64,000 nucleotides of DNA from an uncultured bacterium (GCA_964348275.1 CAYGBT010000009.1:19541-83540); one strand, 5' to 3'. Counted from the first letter of the stretch, positions 19,867-29,878 are shown. The notes: generated by a model from the sequence alone, not told the origin. Numbers and translations are program-made.

Positions 19867-21535
19867 AGGGACCTTCCTCCACCTCGATGATAAGCGGCAG
19901 GACCATAGGCCGTCGTTCAAAGGTCTTCTGAATGAACTTTCGCAGGCTTGCCCTCACGTTCTCTTTGAGGAGTGCTGTATCCCCCCGTTCCTCCTCCGGA
20001 CAGGTCTCGAGGACCTCGTTCACCAACCGCTTGGCCGCATCAAAGAGAGCCTCCTGATCCTGCGAATGAACGAACCCGCGTGAGATGATTTCAGGGCCCG
20101 CCACAATCGCTCTGGTTCGGGGATGAAGGCCCATCACTACCACGACCATTCCATCCCGGGCCAGATGCTGCCGCTCTCGCAGGACGGCATCCCCTACATC
20201 GCCCACACCCTTCCCGTCCACGAAGACGCGTCCCCCTGTCACCTTGCCAATAATCCCACCCTTGTCGGGGGTAAAATGCAGGATATCCCCGTTCTCCGCC
20301 AGGAAGATATCGTCTGGGGCAATCCCGACCGCCGCTGCCAACCGTGCATGATGATACCGGTGCCGATATTCTCCGTGAATCGGGATAAAAAACTTTGGTC
20401 GGACCAGGTTGAGCATCAGCGTCAGTTCTTCTTGGCAAGGATGGCCTGACACATGAACAGGAGCGTACTCCTCGGTGACGACCTCCGCTCCCCTTTTGAG
20501 AAGCTGATTAATGGTCCGCGTGATGGACCTCTCGTTCCCCGGGATGACCCTGGCAGAGAAGATCACGGTGTCCCCCGGGGTGATCTCAATCTGCTTGTGC
20601 TCCCCCGCAGCCATCCGGGCAATGGCGGACAGCGGCTCGCCTTGTGAACCCGTCGCAATGATCACGGTCTTGCCCGGAGATACGTGTCTCAGCTCGTCCA
20701 GGCGAACCAGAACGCCGGGCGGGATCTTCAGGTACCCGAGATCCGCAGCGATGCGGGTATTCGCGATCATGCTCTTGCCGTGGACTGCTACCCGCCTCCC
20801 CATCCTGGCGGCGACGTCCAGGATCTGTTGGATCCGGTGGATGTGGCTGGCAAAACACGCAACGATGATCCGCCGCTCGACCGTTCGGAAGATTTCGTCC
20901 AAGGCTCGACCCACCGTCCGTTCGGAGGGGGTGAACCCTGGCCGCAAAGCATTAGTCGAGTCGGAGAGCAGCACCAGGACGCCCCGATCTCCCAGCTCGG
21001 CGAACTTGTGATAGTCGGTGAGCTGCCCATCCACCGGAGTCGGATCAAATTTGAAATCCCCCGCGTGAACGACAAGGCCCGCCGGCGTTTCCAGGGCCAC
21101 GCCGACCCCGTCGGGGATGCTGTGGCAGACCCGCATGCATTCCACCTGGAGAACCCCCATGCTGAATCGTTCCCGGGGGACGATCTGCCGCAGGTCAGCC
21201 TTGACATTCTGTTCCCGGATCTTTTCAGCCGCGAGCCCCAGGGAGAGAGGGGTTCCGTAGACGGGGATAGGAAGTTCCTTGAGCAGGAAGGGAAGGGAGC
21301 CAGTATGGTCTTCGTGGCCGTGGGTGAGAATAAGCCCGCGAATCTTCTCACGGTGCTGGAGAAGATAATCGAAATCGGGGATCACCAGATCAATCCCTAG
21401 CATCTCCTCCTCGGGGAACATCAGTCCAGCATCGATGACAACCATGTCTTCCGGCGTCTCGATCACGAACATGTTCATCCCGATCTCCCCGAGACCACCT
21501 AGGGGAATGATCCGGACCCATTCATTTTCCAGCAA
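19862..21535 (-). CDS. rnj: ribonuclease J
   Basis: Metallo-beta-lactamase/beta-CASP pattern (THGHEDHTG) and RNase J C-terminal domain; 557 aa. Confidence 0.92.
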   Translation of the reverse strand: MLENEWVRIIPLGGLGEIGMNMFVIETPEDMVVIDAGLMFPEEEMLGIDLVIPDFDYLLQHREKIRGLILTHGHEDHTGSLPFLLKELPIPVYGTPLSLGLAAEKIREQNVKADLRQIVPRERFSMGVLQVECMRVCHSIPDGVGVALETPAGLVVHAGDFKFDPTPVDGQLTDYHKFAELGDRGVLVLLSDSTNALRPGFTPSERTVGRALDEIFRTVERRIIVACFASHIHRIQQILDVAARMGRRVAVHGKSMIANTRIAADLGYLKIPPGVLVRLDELRHVSPGKTVIIATGSQGEPLSAIARMAAGEHKQIEITPGDTVIFSARVIPGNERSITRTINQLLKRGAEVVTEEYAPVHVSGHPCQEELTLMLNLVRPKFFIPIHGEYRHRYHHARLAAAVGIAPDDIFLAENGDILHFTPDKGGIIGKVTGGRVFVDGKGVGDVGDAVLRERQHLARDGMVVVVMGLHPRTRAIVAGPEIISRGFVHSQDQEALFDAAKRLVNEVLETCPEEERGDTALLKENVRASLRKFIQKTFERRPMVLPLIIEVEEGPC

Positions 21536-21592
21536 CGTGTGCGACCCCCAATCTCTGCGCTCTCCTCTTCGCAGTCGAACGGCACATTCCGA

Positions 21593-24022
21593 TCAGTGAA
21601 CGGTCATTGGCTGCCTCGCGTGTTTGGCAGGCACAATCCCGACTCGGTCCTTCTCGCGAACCGATTTGACCAGAGCCGCCGTCAGGACCTGATCCACATC
21701 CTCGACAAAGACAAAGTGCATCCCACGCCGGATCGTTTTGGGCAGGTCCTTGACATCCTTGTCGTTCTTTTTAGGGAGGAGAACGGTGGTAATCCCGCCC
21801 CGGCGGGCCGCCAACACTTTTTCCTTGATTCCACCGACGGGGAGGACCTTTCCCCGTAAGGTCAGCTCTCCCGTCATGGCAACGGTCCTCTTAACGGGAA
21901 TCTTCGTGAGCGCGGAAACCAGTGCGGTGGCCATCGTGATGCCGGCCGAAGGCCCGTCCTTCGGGATGGCCCCCGCGGGCACGTGGATATGGATATCCAC
22001 CTTGCCGAAGAGGTCCTCTTTAATCCGGAGCTCTGGGGCCCTCGCCCTGGCGTAACTCAAGGCCGCTTGGGCCGATTCCTTCATCACATCACCCAAATGC
22101 CCCGTCAGGGAAAGGTTCCCCTTCCCCTTCATCACCGTCGCTTCGACATACATGATGTCGCCACCCGCCTGGGTCCAGGCGAGCCCGGGGGCGACGCCCA
22201 CCTCATCCCGATCCTGCTCAGGCTCGGGGAGATACCTGGGAGCCCTAAGAAATCGGTGCAGATTCTGGCCGGTAATTCTGAAGGGTTCCGACCTCCCTGC
22301 GGCCACCTCCTTGGCAACTTTCCGGCAGATCGTGGCGATCTCCCGTTCCAGATTTCGGAGTCCCGCCTCCCGGGTGTAACCGCGGACGATTTTGAGTACG
22401 GCCTCGTCGGTAAACTGGAGGAGCTGTTCAATGATCCCGTGCTCTCCGAGCTGACGCGGAATCAGATATCGTCGGGCGATGTGGAGCTTTTCCTCCTCAG
22501 TGTATCCCGAAATCTCGATGATCTCCATCCGATCCTTTAGGGCGGGAATGATGGGATCCGCCATGTTTGCCGTCGTAATAAACATGACATTTGAAAGATC
22601 AAAGGCCACCCCGAGGTAATGATCGGTGAAGCTCACATTCTGCTCGGGATCGAGAACCTCAAGGAGGGCTGCCGAGGGATCCCCTCGAAAGTCGGCCCCG
22701 ACTTTGTCGACTTCGTCCATCATGAAAACGGGATTATTCGTCCCCGCGGACTTGATCCCCTGAATAATCTTGCCGGGGAGGGCCCCAATGTATGTCCGCC
22801 GGTGGCCCCGGATCTCCGCCTCATCCCGGACCCCCCCGAGCGAAATCCGGACGAACTTCCGACCGAGTGCCCGAGCAATGGAGCGACCCAACGACGTCTT
22901 GCCGACCCCCGGCGGTCCCACAAAGCAGAGGATGGGACCTTTCATCCTCTGCTTGAGCTTCCGGACCGCCAAATACTCCACGATCCGCTCCTTGACCCTC
23001 TCCAGGTCGTAATGGTCCTCATCCAAGATCTTCTGCGCTCTCTGGATTTCGATTTTATCTTTGGTCCGCTTGACCCAGGGGAGTTCGATGAGCCACTCAA
23101 GGTATGTCCGAACTACGGAAGCTTCAGCGGCATCGGGATGCATCCGAGAAAGGCGATTCAGTTGCGTTTTGGCCTCTGTCGCCACCTGCGATGGCATCTT
23201 GGCCTTCTCAATTTTTGCTGAAAACTCTTCGATTTCCCGTTGTCGCTCATCGGTTTCGCCCAACTCCTTTTGAATAGCCCGGAGTTGCTCCCGGAGGTAA
23301 TACTCTCGTTGCGTCTTATCTATCTCCTCTTTTGCCTGGATCTGTATCCGCTGTTGGACCTCTAAGACCTCGAGCTCCTTCCGGAGGAAATCGCTGATCC
23401 GCCGCAGCCGTTCCTCCGGATTGGTGATCTCCAGGATCTCGACCGCTTGCTCCACTTTGAGGTCGAGATGAGAGGCCACGAGATCTGCCAGACGGCCGGG
23501 GTGATCCAGGTTGTTGATAATCACCAGGATGTCGGGAGATATCTGCTTGCCGAGGGAGGCACTCTTCGAGACTTGCTCTTTGATGGACCGAATCAGTGCC
23601 TCAAGCTCCACCCCCATCGCTGGTACCTCATCATCGATGATCTCGACGATCCGGGCCTCAAAGTACGGTTCCTTTCGGAGGAACTCCATGATGCGGGTCC
23701 GCGCAAGCCCCTGTACCAGGATCTTCACACGACCATCGGGCATTTTAAGGACCCGCATGACCATGGCCACGGTGCCGACCGGGTAGATTTCCTGGGGATT
23801 CGGATCCTCCACTTCGGCATCCTTCTGAGCCACCAAAATGATGAGACGATCCCGGGTCAATGCCTCCTCCACCGCTCGAATGGACTTCTCCCGCCCCACG
23901 AAGAGGGGGAGGATCATATACGGGTAGACGACCATGTCACGCACGGGGAGAACAGGCACGGTCTCGGGAATCTTCTTCTCCGGTCCTAGGGGCCCTTGCC
24001 CCTCGGATATCACTTCTGCCAC
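21593..24022 (-). CDS. lon: ATP-dependent Lon protease
   Basis: LON N-domain, AAA+ GPPGVGKTS, and protease domain PKDGPSAG. Confidence 0.96.
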   Translation of the reverse strand: MAEVISEGQGPLGPEKKIPETVPVLPVRDMVVYPYMILPLFVGREKSIRAVEEALTRDRLIILVAQKDAEVEDPNPQEIYPVGTVAMVMRVLKMPDGRVKILVQGLARTRIMEFLRKEPYFEARIVEIIDDEVPAMGVELEALIRSIKEQVSKSASLGKQISPDILVIINNLDHPGRLADLVASHLDLKVEQAVEILEITNPEERLRRISDFLRKELEVLEVQQRIQIQAKEEIDKTQREYYLREQLRAIQKELGETDERQREIEEFSAKIEKAKMPSQVATEAKTQLNRLSRMHPDAAEASVVRTYLEWLIELPWVKRTKDKIEIQRAQKILDEDHYDLERVKERIVEYLAVRKLKQRMKGPILCFVGPPGVGKTSLGRSIARALGRKFVRISLGGVRDEAEIRGHRRTYIGALPGKIIQGIKSAGTNNPVFMMDEVDKVGADFRGDPSAALLEVLDPEQNVSFTDHYLGVAFDLSNVMFITTANMADPIIPALKDRMEIIEISGYTEEEKLHIARRYLIPRQLGEHGIIEQLLQFTDEAVLKIVRGYTREAGLRNLEREIATICRKVAKEVAAGRSEPFRITGQNLHRFLRAPRYLPEPEQDRDEVGVAPGLAWTQAGGDIMYVEATVMKGKGNLSLTGHLGDVMKESAQAALSYARARAPELRIKEDLFGKVDIHIHVPAGAIPKDGPSAGITMATALVSALTKIPVKRTVAMTGELTLRGKVLPVGGIKEKVLAARRGGITTVLLPKKNDKDVKDLPKTIRRGMHFVFVEDVDQVLTAALVKSVREKDRVGIVPAKHARQPMTVH

Positions 24023-24147
24023 GGTCTTCGCCTCCTTCGTGCCCCGCTCAACGCTCTCCCACTTTGAGAGTTGCCGCCTCCTTCGGAGCGTGTGACCTCG
24101 CCTGCACTGGGAGTCTTGCCCCCCTCAAATAGCTTATCACGTATCCC

Positions 24148-25047
24148 TCACTCGCCGCGACCACCGGATTCCTGGGGTCCCGCATCCAACTCCAATGCTT
24201 TCAGGTACTCCTGAAAGGCCTTGCCGATGTCCGATCGCCTTAATGCCAACTCCACCGTTGCCTGCAGAAACCCCAGCTTGCTTCCCGTATCGTGGCGCCG
24301 ACCTTTAAGCTCGACTGCATAGACGTTCTCACGCCGTAAGAGCCTCTTCAAACCGTTGGTCAGCTGAATTTCACCCCGCGCATCGGGGGACGTCTGCTGG
24401 AGCTCCTCAAAGATTTGAGGCGTCAGGATATACCGCCCCACGATGCCTAAGTTTGAAGGGGCCTCCTCCGGAGCCGGTTTCTCCACAAGATCGGTCACCT
24501 GGTAGACCCCCTCTCCGACCGGACGGCCTGCAACGATGCCGTAGCTGCTGGTCTCTTCCGAAGGCACGGGACACACCGCAAGCACTGAAGCGTGATGCCG
24601 GTCAAAGACTTGCGAGATCTGCTGAATGGCGGGGACCGGACCATCGATAAGATCATCCGCTAACAGGACGGCAAAGGGCTCGTTGCCGACCAGATCTCTC
24701 GTGACCAGCACCGCGTGCCCGAGGCCGAGCGGCGCCTTTTGACGCACGTAGCAAAACGCAACCATCTCCGAGATCCTACGCACTTCTTCGAGGAGATCCT
24801 CCTTCCCTTGGGTGGCCAAGACTTGCTCTAGCTCCACGGAGCGGTCAAAGTGATTCTCAATAGCATCTTTCCCCCGACCGGTGACGATGATGATGGCCTC
24901 GATCCCGGCCGCGACTGCCTCCTCGACGACGTATTGGATCGCCGGCTTGTCCACGATAGGCAGCATCTCTTTGGGCTGGGCCTTCGTGGCCGGGAGAAAA
25001 CGAGTCCCCAAGCCGGCGGCCGGAAACACGGCCTTCCGGATCTTCAT
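24148..25047 (-). CDS. galU: UTP--glucose-1-phosphate uridylyltransferase
   Basis: KAVFPAAGLGTRFLPATKAQPKEMLPIVDKP N-terminus. Confidence 0.93.
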   Translation of the reverse strand: MKIRKAVFPAAGLGTRFLPATKAQPKEMLPIVDKPAIQYVVEEAVAAGIEAIIIVTGRGKDAIENHFDRSVELEQVLATQGKEDLLEEVRRISEMVAFCYVRQKAPLGLGHAVLVTRDLVGNEPFAVLLADDLIDGPVPAIQQISQVFDRHHASVLAVCPVPSEETSSYGIVAGRPVGEGVYQVTDLVEKPAPEEAPSNLGIVGRYILTPQIFEELQQTSPDARGEIQLTNGLKRLLRRENVYAVELKGRRHDTGSKLGFLQATVELALRRSDIGKAFQEYLKALELDAGPQESGGRGE

Positions 25048-25151
25048 AGCATTACCTCTGGTTCTGGACTATCGTTTGATCATTCATGATAGAGTTTATA
25101 AGGTTATCGGACCCGTCTATGAAAGTCAATATGGAACGGGCGAAAAAAGAC

Positions 25152-25180
25152 TTGACAACCTCCGTGAAATTCCATACATT
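25152..25180 (+). promoter_or_regulatory. sigma70-like promoter P1 of the cold-shock gene (TTGACA-N17-TACATT)
   Basis: Consensus -35 with 17-nt spacing, about 185 nt upstream of the csp ATG. Confidence 0.4.
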
Positions 25181-25219
25181 CACGCCTGCTTTTTGCAGGA
25201 AAGGGACCTGGAACGGTGC

Positions 25220-25247
25220 TTGACATCCGTGGTTTAACCTGTAGCAT
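25220..25247 (+). promoter_or_regulatory. sigma70-like promoter P2 of the cold-shock gene (TTGACA-N16-TAGCAT)
   Basis: Consensus -35. Gives a 5' UTR of about 110 nt, as is typical of csp genes. Confidence 0.4.
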
Positions 25248-25363
25248 GCATCTTGGTTCGCCCAACCGCGGGGGAAGATCGAGGACCTCGCGTTTTTTTT
25301 GTGTCCAGAGGTACTCGACGCGCTCAGGATCCCCACGCCTGCAAATCTTGGAGGAAAGGAGGG

Positions 25364-25573
25364 ATGGAGGTGCGGGTAAAAGGTAAAGTGAAGTGGTTCA
25401 ATGACGCTAAGGGCTTCGGCTTCATCGAGCGGCCCGACGGTGATGATGTCTTCGTCCACTACACCGCCATCACAGGGACCGGCTTCCGATCGCTCACGGA
25501 AGGTCAGGAAGTCGAATTCGATATCGTCGACGGCCCCAAGGGCAAGCAGGCGGCCAACGTGACCAAGGCGTAG
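25364..25573 (+). CDS. cspA: cold-shock protein (CspA family)
   Basis: [16 protein letters not shown] and DVFVHY RNP motifs. ATG at 25364 preceded by GGAGGAAAGGAGGG; the track ORF starts spuriously at 25253. Confidence 0.93.
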   Translation: MEVRVKGKVKWFNDAKGFGFIERPDGDDVFVHYTAITGTGFRSLTEGQEVEFDIVDGPKGKQAANVTKA

Positions 25574-25594
25574 TTTCCCCTTATTCCTAAAAAA

Positions 25595-25624
25595 GGCCCC
25601 GGCTCACCGGGGCCTTTCTTTTTT
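25595..25624 (+). terminator. rho-independent terminator of csp
   Basis: GGCCCCGG-CTCA-CCGGGGCC stem-loop followed by TTTCTTTTTT. Confidence 0.85.
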
Positions 25625-25703
25625 CCCCTCGATTATGGGGCCGGAAAGCAAGTACGCACCGTCTCCCCACAGCCGTGCCCAGCGCAAACCATGTGCGGCG
25701 CCT

Positions 25704-25807
25704 CTAGTACCGTTCCAATTTGATACGCCGCATTTGAGGGGGACTTCTTCCAACAGTCGTGAGCGTGTGCAGCGACAAGTTGGCAGAAAATAATTGGAAC
25801 GGTACTA
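25704..25807. mobile_element. MITE-like element, copy A (about 104 bp, about 17-bp terminal inverted repeats CTAGTACCGTTCCAA)
   Basis: TIRs CTAGTACCGTTCCAATT...AATTGGAACGGTACTA. About 85-90% identical over its full length to the reverse complement of 32211-32318. Confidence 0.7.
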
Positions 25808-25832
25808 ATGCAACCGTATTAGATCTAGCGAT

Positions 25833-26055
25833 AATGGAGCAATAGAGCATTAGACCGCCCCTCGATCCTCCCCCTCGATCTTCCTCGGGGCCGTGAGGCT
25901 CTCGAACGGCTCGGGGTGGTGAGCGGTTCGGCTGAGCTCACCGTCGAAGCCCTGTCGAACCACAATGGAGCCTATTGCTTCCAAATCGCTCTATTGTTCC
26001 ACCCTTCGACAGGCTCAGGGCGGTGAGCATAGTCGAACCGCTGCTCCATTGCTCC
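25833..26055. repeat. compound palindromic element (about 220 bp)
   Basis: Outer arms GGAGCAATAGAGC / GCTCCATTGCTCC. Inner 43-bp arms 25921-25963 and 25999-26043 are about 85% reverse-complementary (GAGCGGTTCGGCTGAGCTCACCG...CTGTCGAAC). One frame translates as the PFDRLRA-type artefact peptide. Confidence 0.65.
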
Positions 26056-26084
26056 AAAGTAAACGCACTAAGTGCGTTTACTTT
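26056..26084 (-). terminator. perfect 14-bp palindrome overlapping the stop of the 45-aa zinc-ribbon ORF (terminator-like hairpin)
   Basis: AAAGTAAACGCACT-A-AGTGCGTTTACTTT. It has no long U-tract, so termination activity is uncertain. Confidence 0.35.
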
Positions 26085-26220
26085 AGACGGTCCTTACCAG
26101 GTCCTCCACCGCCACTTCGATGCCGCACACCTCGCAGTGGACGCTGCCCCCCACCTCCGCCATGTCGAACTCCATCACGGAACAGAAAGGGCAGAATCGA
26201 ATGTCTCTCTCCTGCGCCAT
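26083..26220 (-). CDS. 45-aa zinc-ribbon protein (CPFC...CEVC), absent from the ORF track because it is under 60 aa
   Basis: ATG preceded by GGGAGGAGG...GAAAGGAAG. Translation: MAQERDIRFCPFCSVMEFDMAEVGGSVHCEVCGIEVAVEDLVRTV. Confidence 0.45.
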   Translation of the reverse strand: MAQERDIRFCPFCSVMEFDMAEVGGSVHCEVCGIEVAVEDLVRTV

Positions 26221-26305
26221 GGCTTCCTTTCAGGACCTCCTCCCTCCACGGGTCAATGTTGTCCTACGGATATCATTGCCAAGATCGTTACGAAATTCAA
26301 GACAA

Positions 26306-26767
26306 TCAGCACGGGACTCGGCGTGCTCGCATTTCGCGTTCCTTCCGTACGATCTCACTCGTGTCGATCCGGATAATGTTCCCCTCCTGATCGTAGCCAT
26401 ACCCATTGGCCCGCAGGATGGAGTCGAGGGCCTGCCGCCAGGGGACGTCCGTGAGCTGCACCGTCACGCGACCACGGACCTCCCGTCCCACCACAATATT
26501 CAACCCGCTTACTTGCTCAATGATCCGGAGCAGACGGTCGATCTCCACCGCCCGGAAATCGATCGTCACGCGTTTCGGAGCGTTCGCCGTTTCTTCGAAC
26601 TCAGCCGCTTCGGCGAATACAGTCAGCATCAGGAGACCGAGGCCCCCAATGAAGAGGCAGAACCTCCTCGTTCTCAACGATCTCGGCCGCCGTACGGATC
26701 TCCCTTGCTTCCCGTTAACGCCCGGGATGTTCCGGACCGCCCTCCATAGCGTGACTGCCAGAGTCAA
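26306..26767 (-). CDS. secretin N0-domain-only protein (PilQ/GspD N-terminal-like); stand-alone or a truncated remnant
   Basis: Signal-like segment, then VTIDFRAVEIDRLLRIIEQVSGLNIVVGREVRGRVTVQLTDVPWRQALDSILRANGYGYDQEGNIIRI, matching the PilQ N0 pattern. Ends after 153 aa with no secretin core. Confidence 0.6.
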   Translation of the reverse strand: MTLAVTLWRAVRNIPGVNGKQGRSVRRPRSLRTRRFCLFIGGLGLLMLTVFAEAAEFEETANAPKRVTIDFRAVEIDRLLRIIEQVSGLNIVVGREVRGRVTVQLTDVPWRQALDSILRANGYGYDQEGNIIRIDTSEIVRKEREMRARRVPC

Positions 26768-26784
26768 ACCTCAGGTCCCCCGTC

Positions 26785-29658
26785 TCACTTCATCGCTTCC
26801 AACAGGATATGGACAGGGTGTTTCGCGGTTCGACCCGTCCCGTGTAGGATCTGCTGCCGACAGGAGACCCCGGGGGCCACGATCTCCACCTCGGGTGGCG
26901 TCGCCTCGAGAGTGGGAAAGAGTCGAAGCCCACCGACCGCCATGGAGAGGTCGTAGTGTTCCTCTTCGTACCCAAAGCTCCCTGCCATGCCACAACAGCC
27001 GGAATTGAGCTCCCGGACTTCCAGGAGAGGGATGAGGCTCAGAAGCTCCAAGAGGTGTTGGGTTCCGACCAACGCCTTCTGGTGGCAGTGCCCATGGAGG
27101 AGAACCTGCTTTGGCGTCTGGTGGAAGTGGCTGGTGAGCTCCTCTCGAGGATGACGTTTAAGGATAAACTCCTCCAACAGGTAACTCTCCGCGGCGACCA
27201 ATTCAGCCTCCTCCGTATTCACTAAGTCCCGGTACTCATCCCGGAGGGTGAGGAGGCAGCTTGGCTCACATCCGACGAGGGGAACGCCTTCTAGCACATG
27301 GCGATACAACACCCCCACATTCGTGCGAGCGAGCGCCTGCGCCTCCCTGAGAAGCCCTTTGGAGATCATTGGCCGCCCACAGCAACTGATTTCCGCCAGG
27401 CGGACCTGATAGCCGAGGCGCTCCAGAAGCTCTATGGCCGCCTGCCCTACGTCGGGGGAATAGTAGGTCATGAAGGTGTCCGTCAGGAGGAGTACCTGGC
27501 CTCGATTGCCGAGGGGTGATCCTCTTCTCCGATACCACTGGGGGAGCGTCGGCCGGACGAATTTGGGGAGAGGCCGTCTCCGGTCAATGCCGAGCCCAAA
27601 CTGGAGAAGCCACCGGATGCCGGGCAGGGCATGTGTCCAATTCGAAAAGGGGGCAAGCCGGCTCCCCCACCTCCCTACGATCTGGGGATGTGCAAAGAAT
27701 CTGGCCCGCAGGGGGACTCCGTGGCGCTGGTAGTATTTTGTCAACACCTCTGCCTTCAACTTGGCCATGTCCACGTTAGAAGGACACTCTCCCTTGCACC
27801 CCTTACATTCGAGACAGAGGTCCAAGGTCTCATACAGCCGCCTCCCCCCCAATTCTTCGGGGGGTACTTTCCCCGACAGGATCAGGCGCAGCGCATTGGC
27901 TCTGCCCCGGGTGCTATGCTCCTCATCCCCAGTCGCCATGTAGGAGGGGCACATCGTCCCCTCCAGCCGCTTCCGACACGCTCCAATCCCCGTGCACAAT
28001 TCGACTGCCGCGGCGAATCCCCCCTCTCGCCGAAAGCTCTGAACCGTCGAGATCTCGAGTGTTCGATAGTCAGGGCCGTACCGAAGATTCTCGGTCATGG
28101 CAGGCGCATCGACGATCTTTCCCGGGTTCATGAGATTCTCGGGATCGAAAACGTGCTTGACCTGCCGGAAGACCTCAGCGAGGCGAGGGCCAAAGAATTT
28201 GGGGATCCATTGGCTTCTGGCCAGGCCGTCTCCATGCTCCCCACTCATCGCTCCGCCGTACTCGAGGACCAAGTTGCTCACTTCTTCCGCGATGGCCCGC
28301 ATCCTCTCGACCTCGGCCTCCTCCTTGAGATTGAGGATCGGTCGGAGGTGCAAGCACCCCACGCTGGCGTGGCCGTAAACCGCCGCTTCGGTCCCATGCT
28401 TGGCCACGATGTGACGAAATTCCTTGAGATAGCTGCCTAACTTCTCCGGGGCCACTGCCGTATCCTCTACGAAGGTGACCGGCTTCCTCTCGCCTTTCAT
28501 CCCCAGGAGCAGGCCGAGCCCGGCCTTCCGGATCTGCCAAACCCGTTGTTGTTCTTCGACCGAGACGGCCCACCGGCACGCATGGCCCAATCCTCTCCTC
28601 TCAACGAGGTCTGTGAGTTGCGCTTCCTTGTCCCGAATCTCCATTTCTGAGGACCCGTAGAGCTCCACCAGAAGCAGCGCCCGAGGATCTCCATCCACAA
28701 AGGTCATCTGACGGGCATACTCGAGCGTCTCCCGGGTCAGATCGAGGATGCACTTATCGAGAAGCTCGATGGCGGCCGGCCCGAGAGGGAGAAGTTCCGC
28801 CGCAGTTTCGCAGGCCGCCTGGATGTCATCAAAGTGGAGGAGAGCCAGGGCGGTCCACTTCGGTCGTGGGACGAGCCGGACCTTGGCCTCAAGGACCACC
28901 CCCAATGTCCCCTCGGAACCGGCCAGCAGCTTGGCCAGATTCCAGGGGACCTCCCTCACCAACTCATCCAGGTTGTACCCACTCACGCGGCGAAGGATGT
29001 GCGGATACCGATTCAGAATCTCCGCCCGGTTCGCCGCAAGGATCTCCTGGATCGCTTGGGTGATGCGCGCCTCCGTCCCATTCCCTTTTGAGAGGTTATT
29101 CAGTTCCTGCGGGGAACGAGCCCCTAGGGTCAGTTCCTCCCCACTGGAAAGGAGAACTTTGAGCTCCAGAAGGTGGTCTACGGTTTTCCCGTACAGTATC
29201 GAGTGCGCCCCGGCCGAATTGTTCCCGATCATTCCCCCGATAGTTGCCCGGCTGCTGGTGGCCACATCAGGACCAAACTGGAGAGCATGCGGACGGAGGG
29301 AGGCGTTCAGCTCGTCGAGGACGACCCCCGGTTGTAGCCGGACCCATCCTTCTGCATGGTTCACCTCCAGGATCCGGTGGAGATGTTTCGACATATCGAG
29401 AATCAAGGCCCGCCCCACGGCCTGCCCCGCGAGGCTGGTCCCCGCGCCTCGGGGAAGTATCGGAACAGCATACTCTCGCGCGATCGCCACCGCCGTCCTC
29501 ACATCCTCCTGATCCTTGGGGAGGATGACCCCTATCGGATCGATGGCGTAGATGCTCGCATCGGTACTGTACAGAAGGGTGGAGTAGGGGTCAAAGTGAA
29601 CCGCTCCCCTAATCCGTTTCTGGAGATCGCGTGCCAAATGATCCACGGATGGATCCAT
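26785..29658 (-). CDS. FAD-linked oxidase fused to a 4Fe-4S/CCG (GlcF-like) domain (YdiJ-like 2-hydroxyacid dehydrogenase)
   Basis: 957 aa: N-terminal FAD_binding_4 domain, central CxxCxxCxxxCP ferredoxin motif (CLECKGCKGECP), and two C-terminal Cys-rich CCG repeats. Confidence 0.85.
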   Translation of the reverse strand: MDPSVDHLARDLQKRIRGAVHFDPYSTLLYSTDASIYAIDPIGVILPKDQEDVRTAVAIAREYAVPILPRGAGTSLAGQAVGRALILDMSKHLHRILEVNHAEGWVRLQPGVVLDELNASLRPHALQFGPDVATSSRATIGGMIGNNSAGAHSILYGKTVDHLLELKVLLSSGEELTLGARSPQELNNLSKGNGTEARITQAIQEILAANRAEILNRYPHILRRVSGYNLDELVREVPWNLAKLLAGSEGTLGVVLEAKVRLVPRPKWTALALLHFDDIQAACETAAELLPLGPAAIELLDKCILDLTRETLEYARQMTFVDGDPRALLLVELYGSSEMEIRDKEAQLTDLVERRGLGHACRWAVSVEEQQRVWQIRKAGLGLLLGMKGERKPVTFVEDTAVAPEKLGSYLKEFRHIVAKHGTEAAVYGHASVGCLHLRPILNLKEEAEVERMRAIAEEVSNLVLEYGGAMSGEHGDGLARSQWIPKFFGPRLAEVFRQVKHVFDPENLMNPGKIVDAPAMTENLRYGPDYRTLEISTVQSFRREGGFAAAVELCTGIGACRKRLEGTMCPSYMATGDEEHSTRGRANALRLILSGKVPPEELGGRRLYETLDLCLECKGCKGECPSNVDMAKLKAEVLTKYYQRHGVPLRARFFAHPQIVGRWGSRLAPFSNWTHALPGIRWLLQFGLGIDRRRPLPKFVRPTLPQWYRRRGSPLGNRGQVLLLTDTFMTYYSPDVGQAAIELLERLGYQVRLAEISCCGRPMISKGLLREAQALARTNVGVLYRHVLEGVPLVGCEPSCLLTLRDEYRDLVNTEEAELVAAESYLLEEFILKRHPREELTSHFHQTPKQVLLHGHCHQKALVGTQHLLELLSLIPLLEVRELNSGCCGMAGSFGYEEEHYDLSMAVGGLRLFPTLEATPPEVEIVAPGVSCRQQILHGTGRTAKHPVHILLEAMK

Positions 29659-29878
29659 TGTAGTCGGACGGTGTTTGACCGGACGAGTCCCCCTACGTCC
29701 ACTCCGTAGGTGCAGGATGCTTCCGCTCCAAAGGACGGGGACCTGCGACTGTCTTCACCCTTTTTCCTGCCGCTGGTTTTGGCTACTATAGCACAGGAGA
29801 AGACTCGATTCATCTCGGCTGGACGGGATGCAGTCGGGCAGGCAGGCGAGGTGTACCCGGCGGGAGGAAGGAGTGTGC

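Noticed and set aside
25052-25459. Minus-strand 135-aa ORF spanning the galU-csp intergenic region and the csp N-terminus.
   Set aside because: It overlaps the well-supported csp gene and its promoters, and there are no homology cues.
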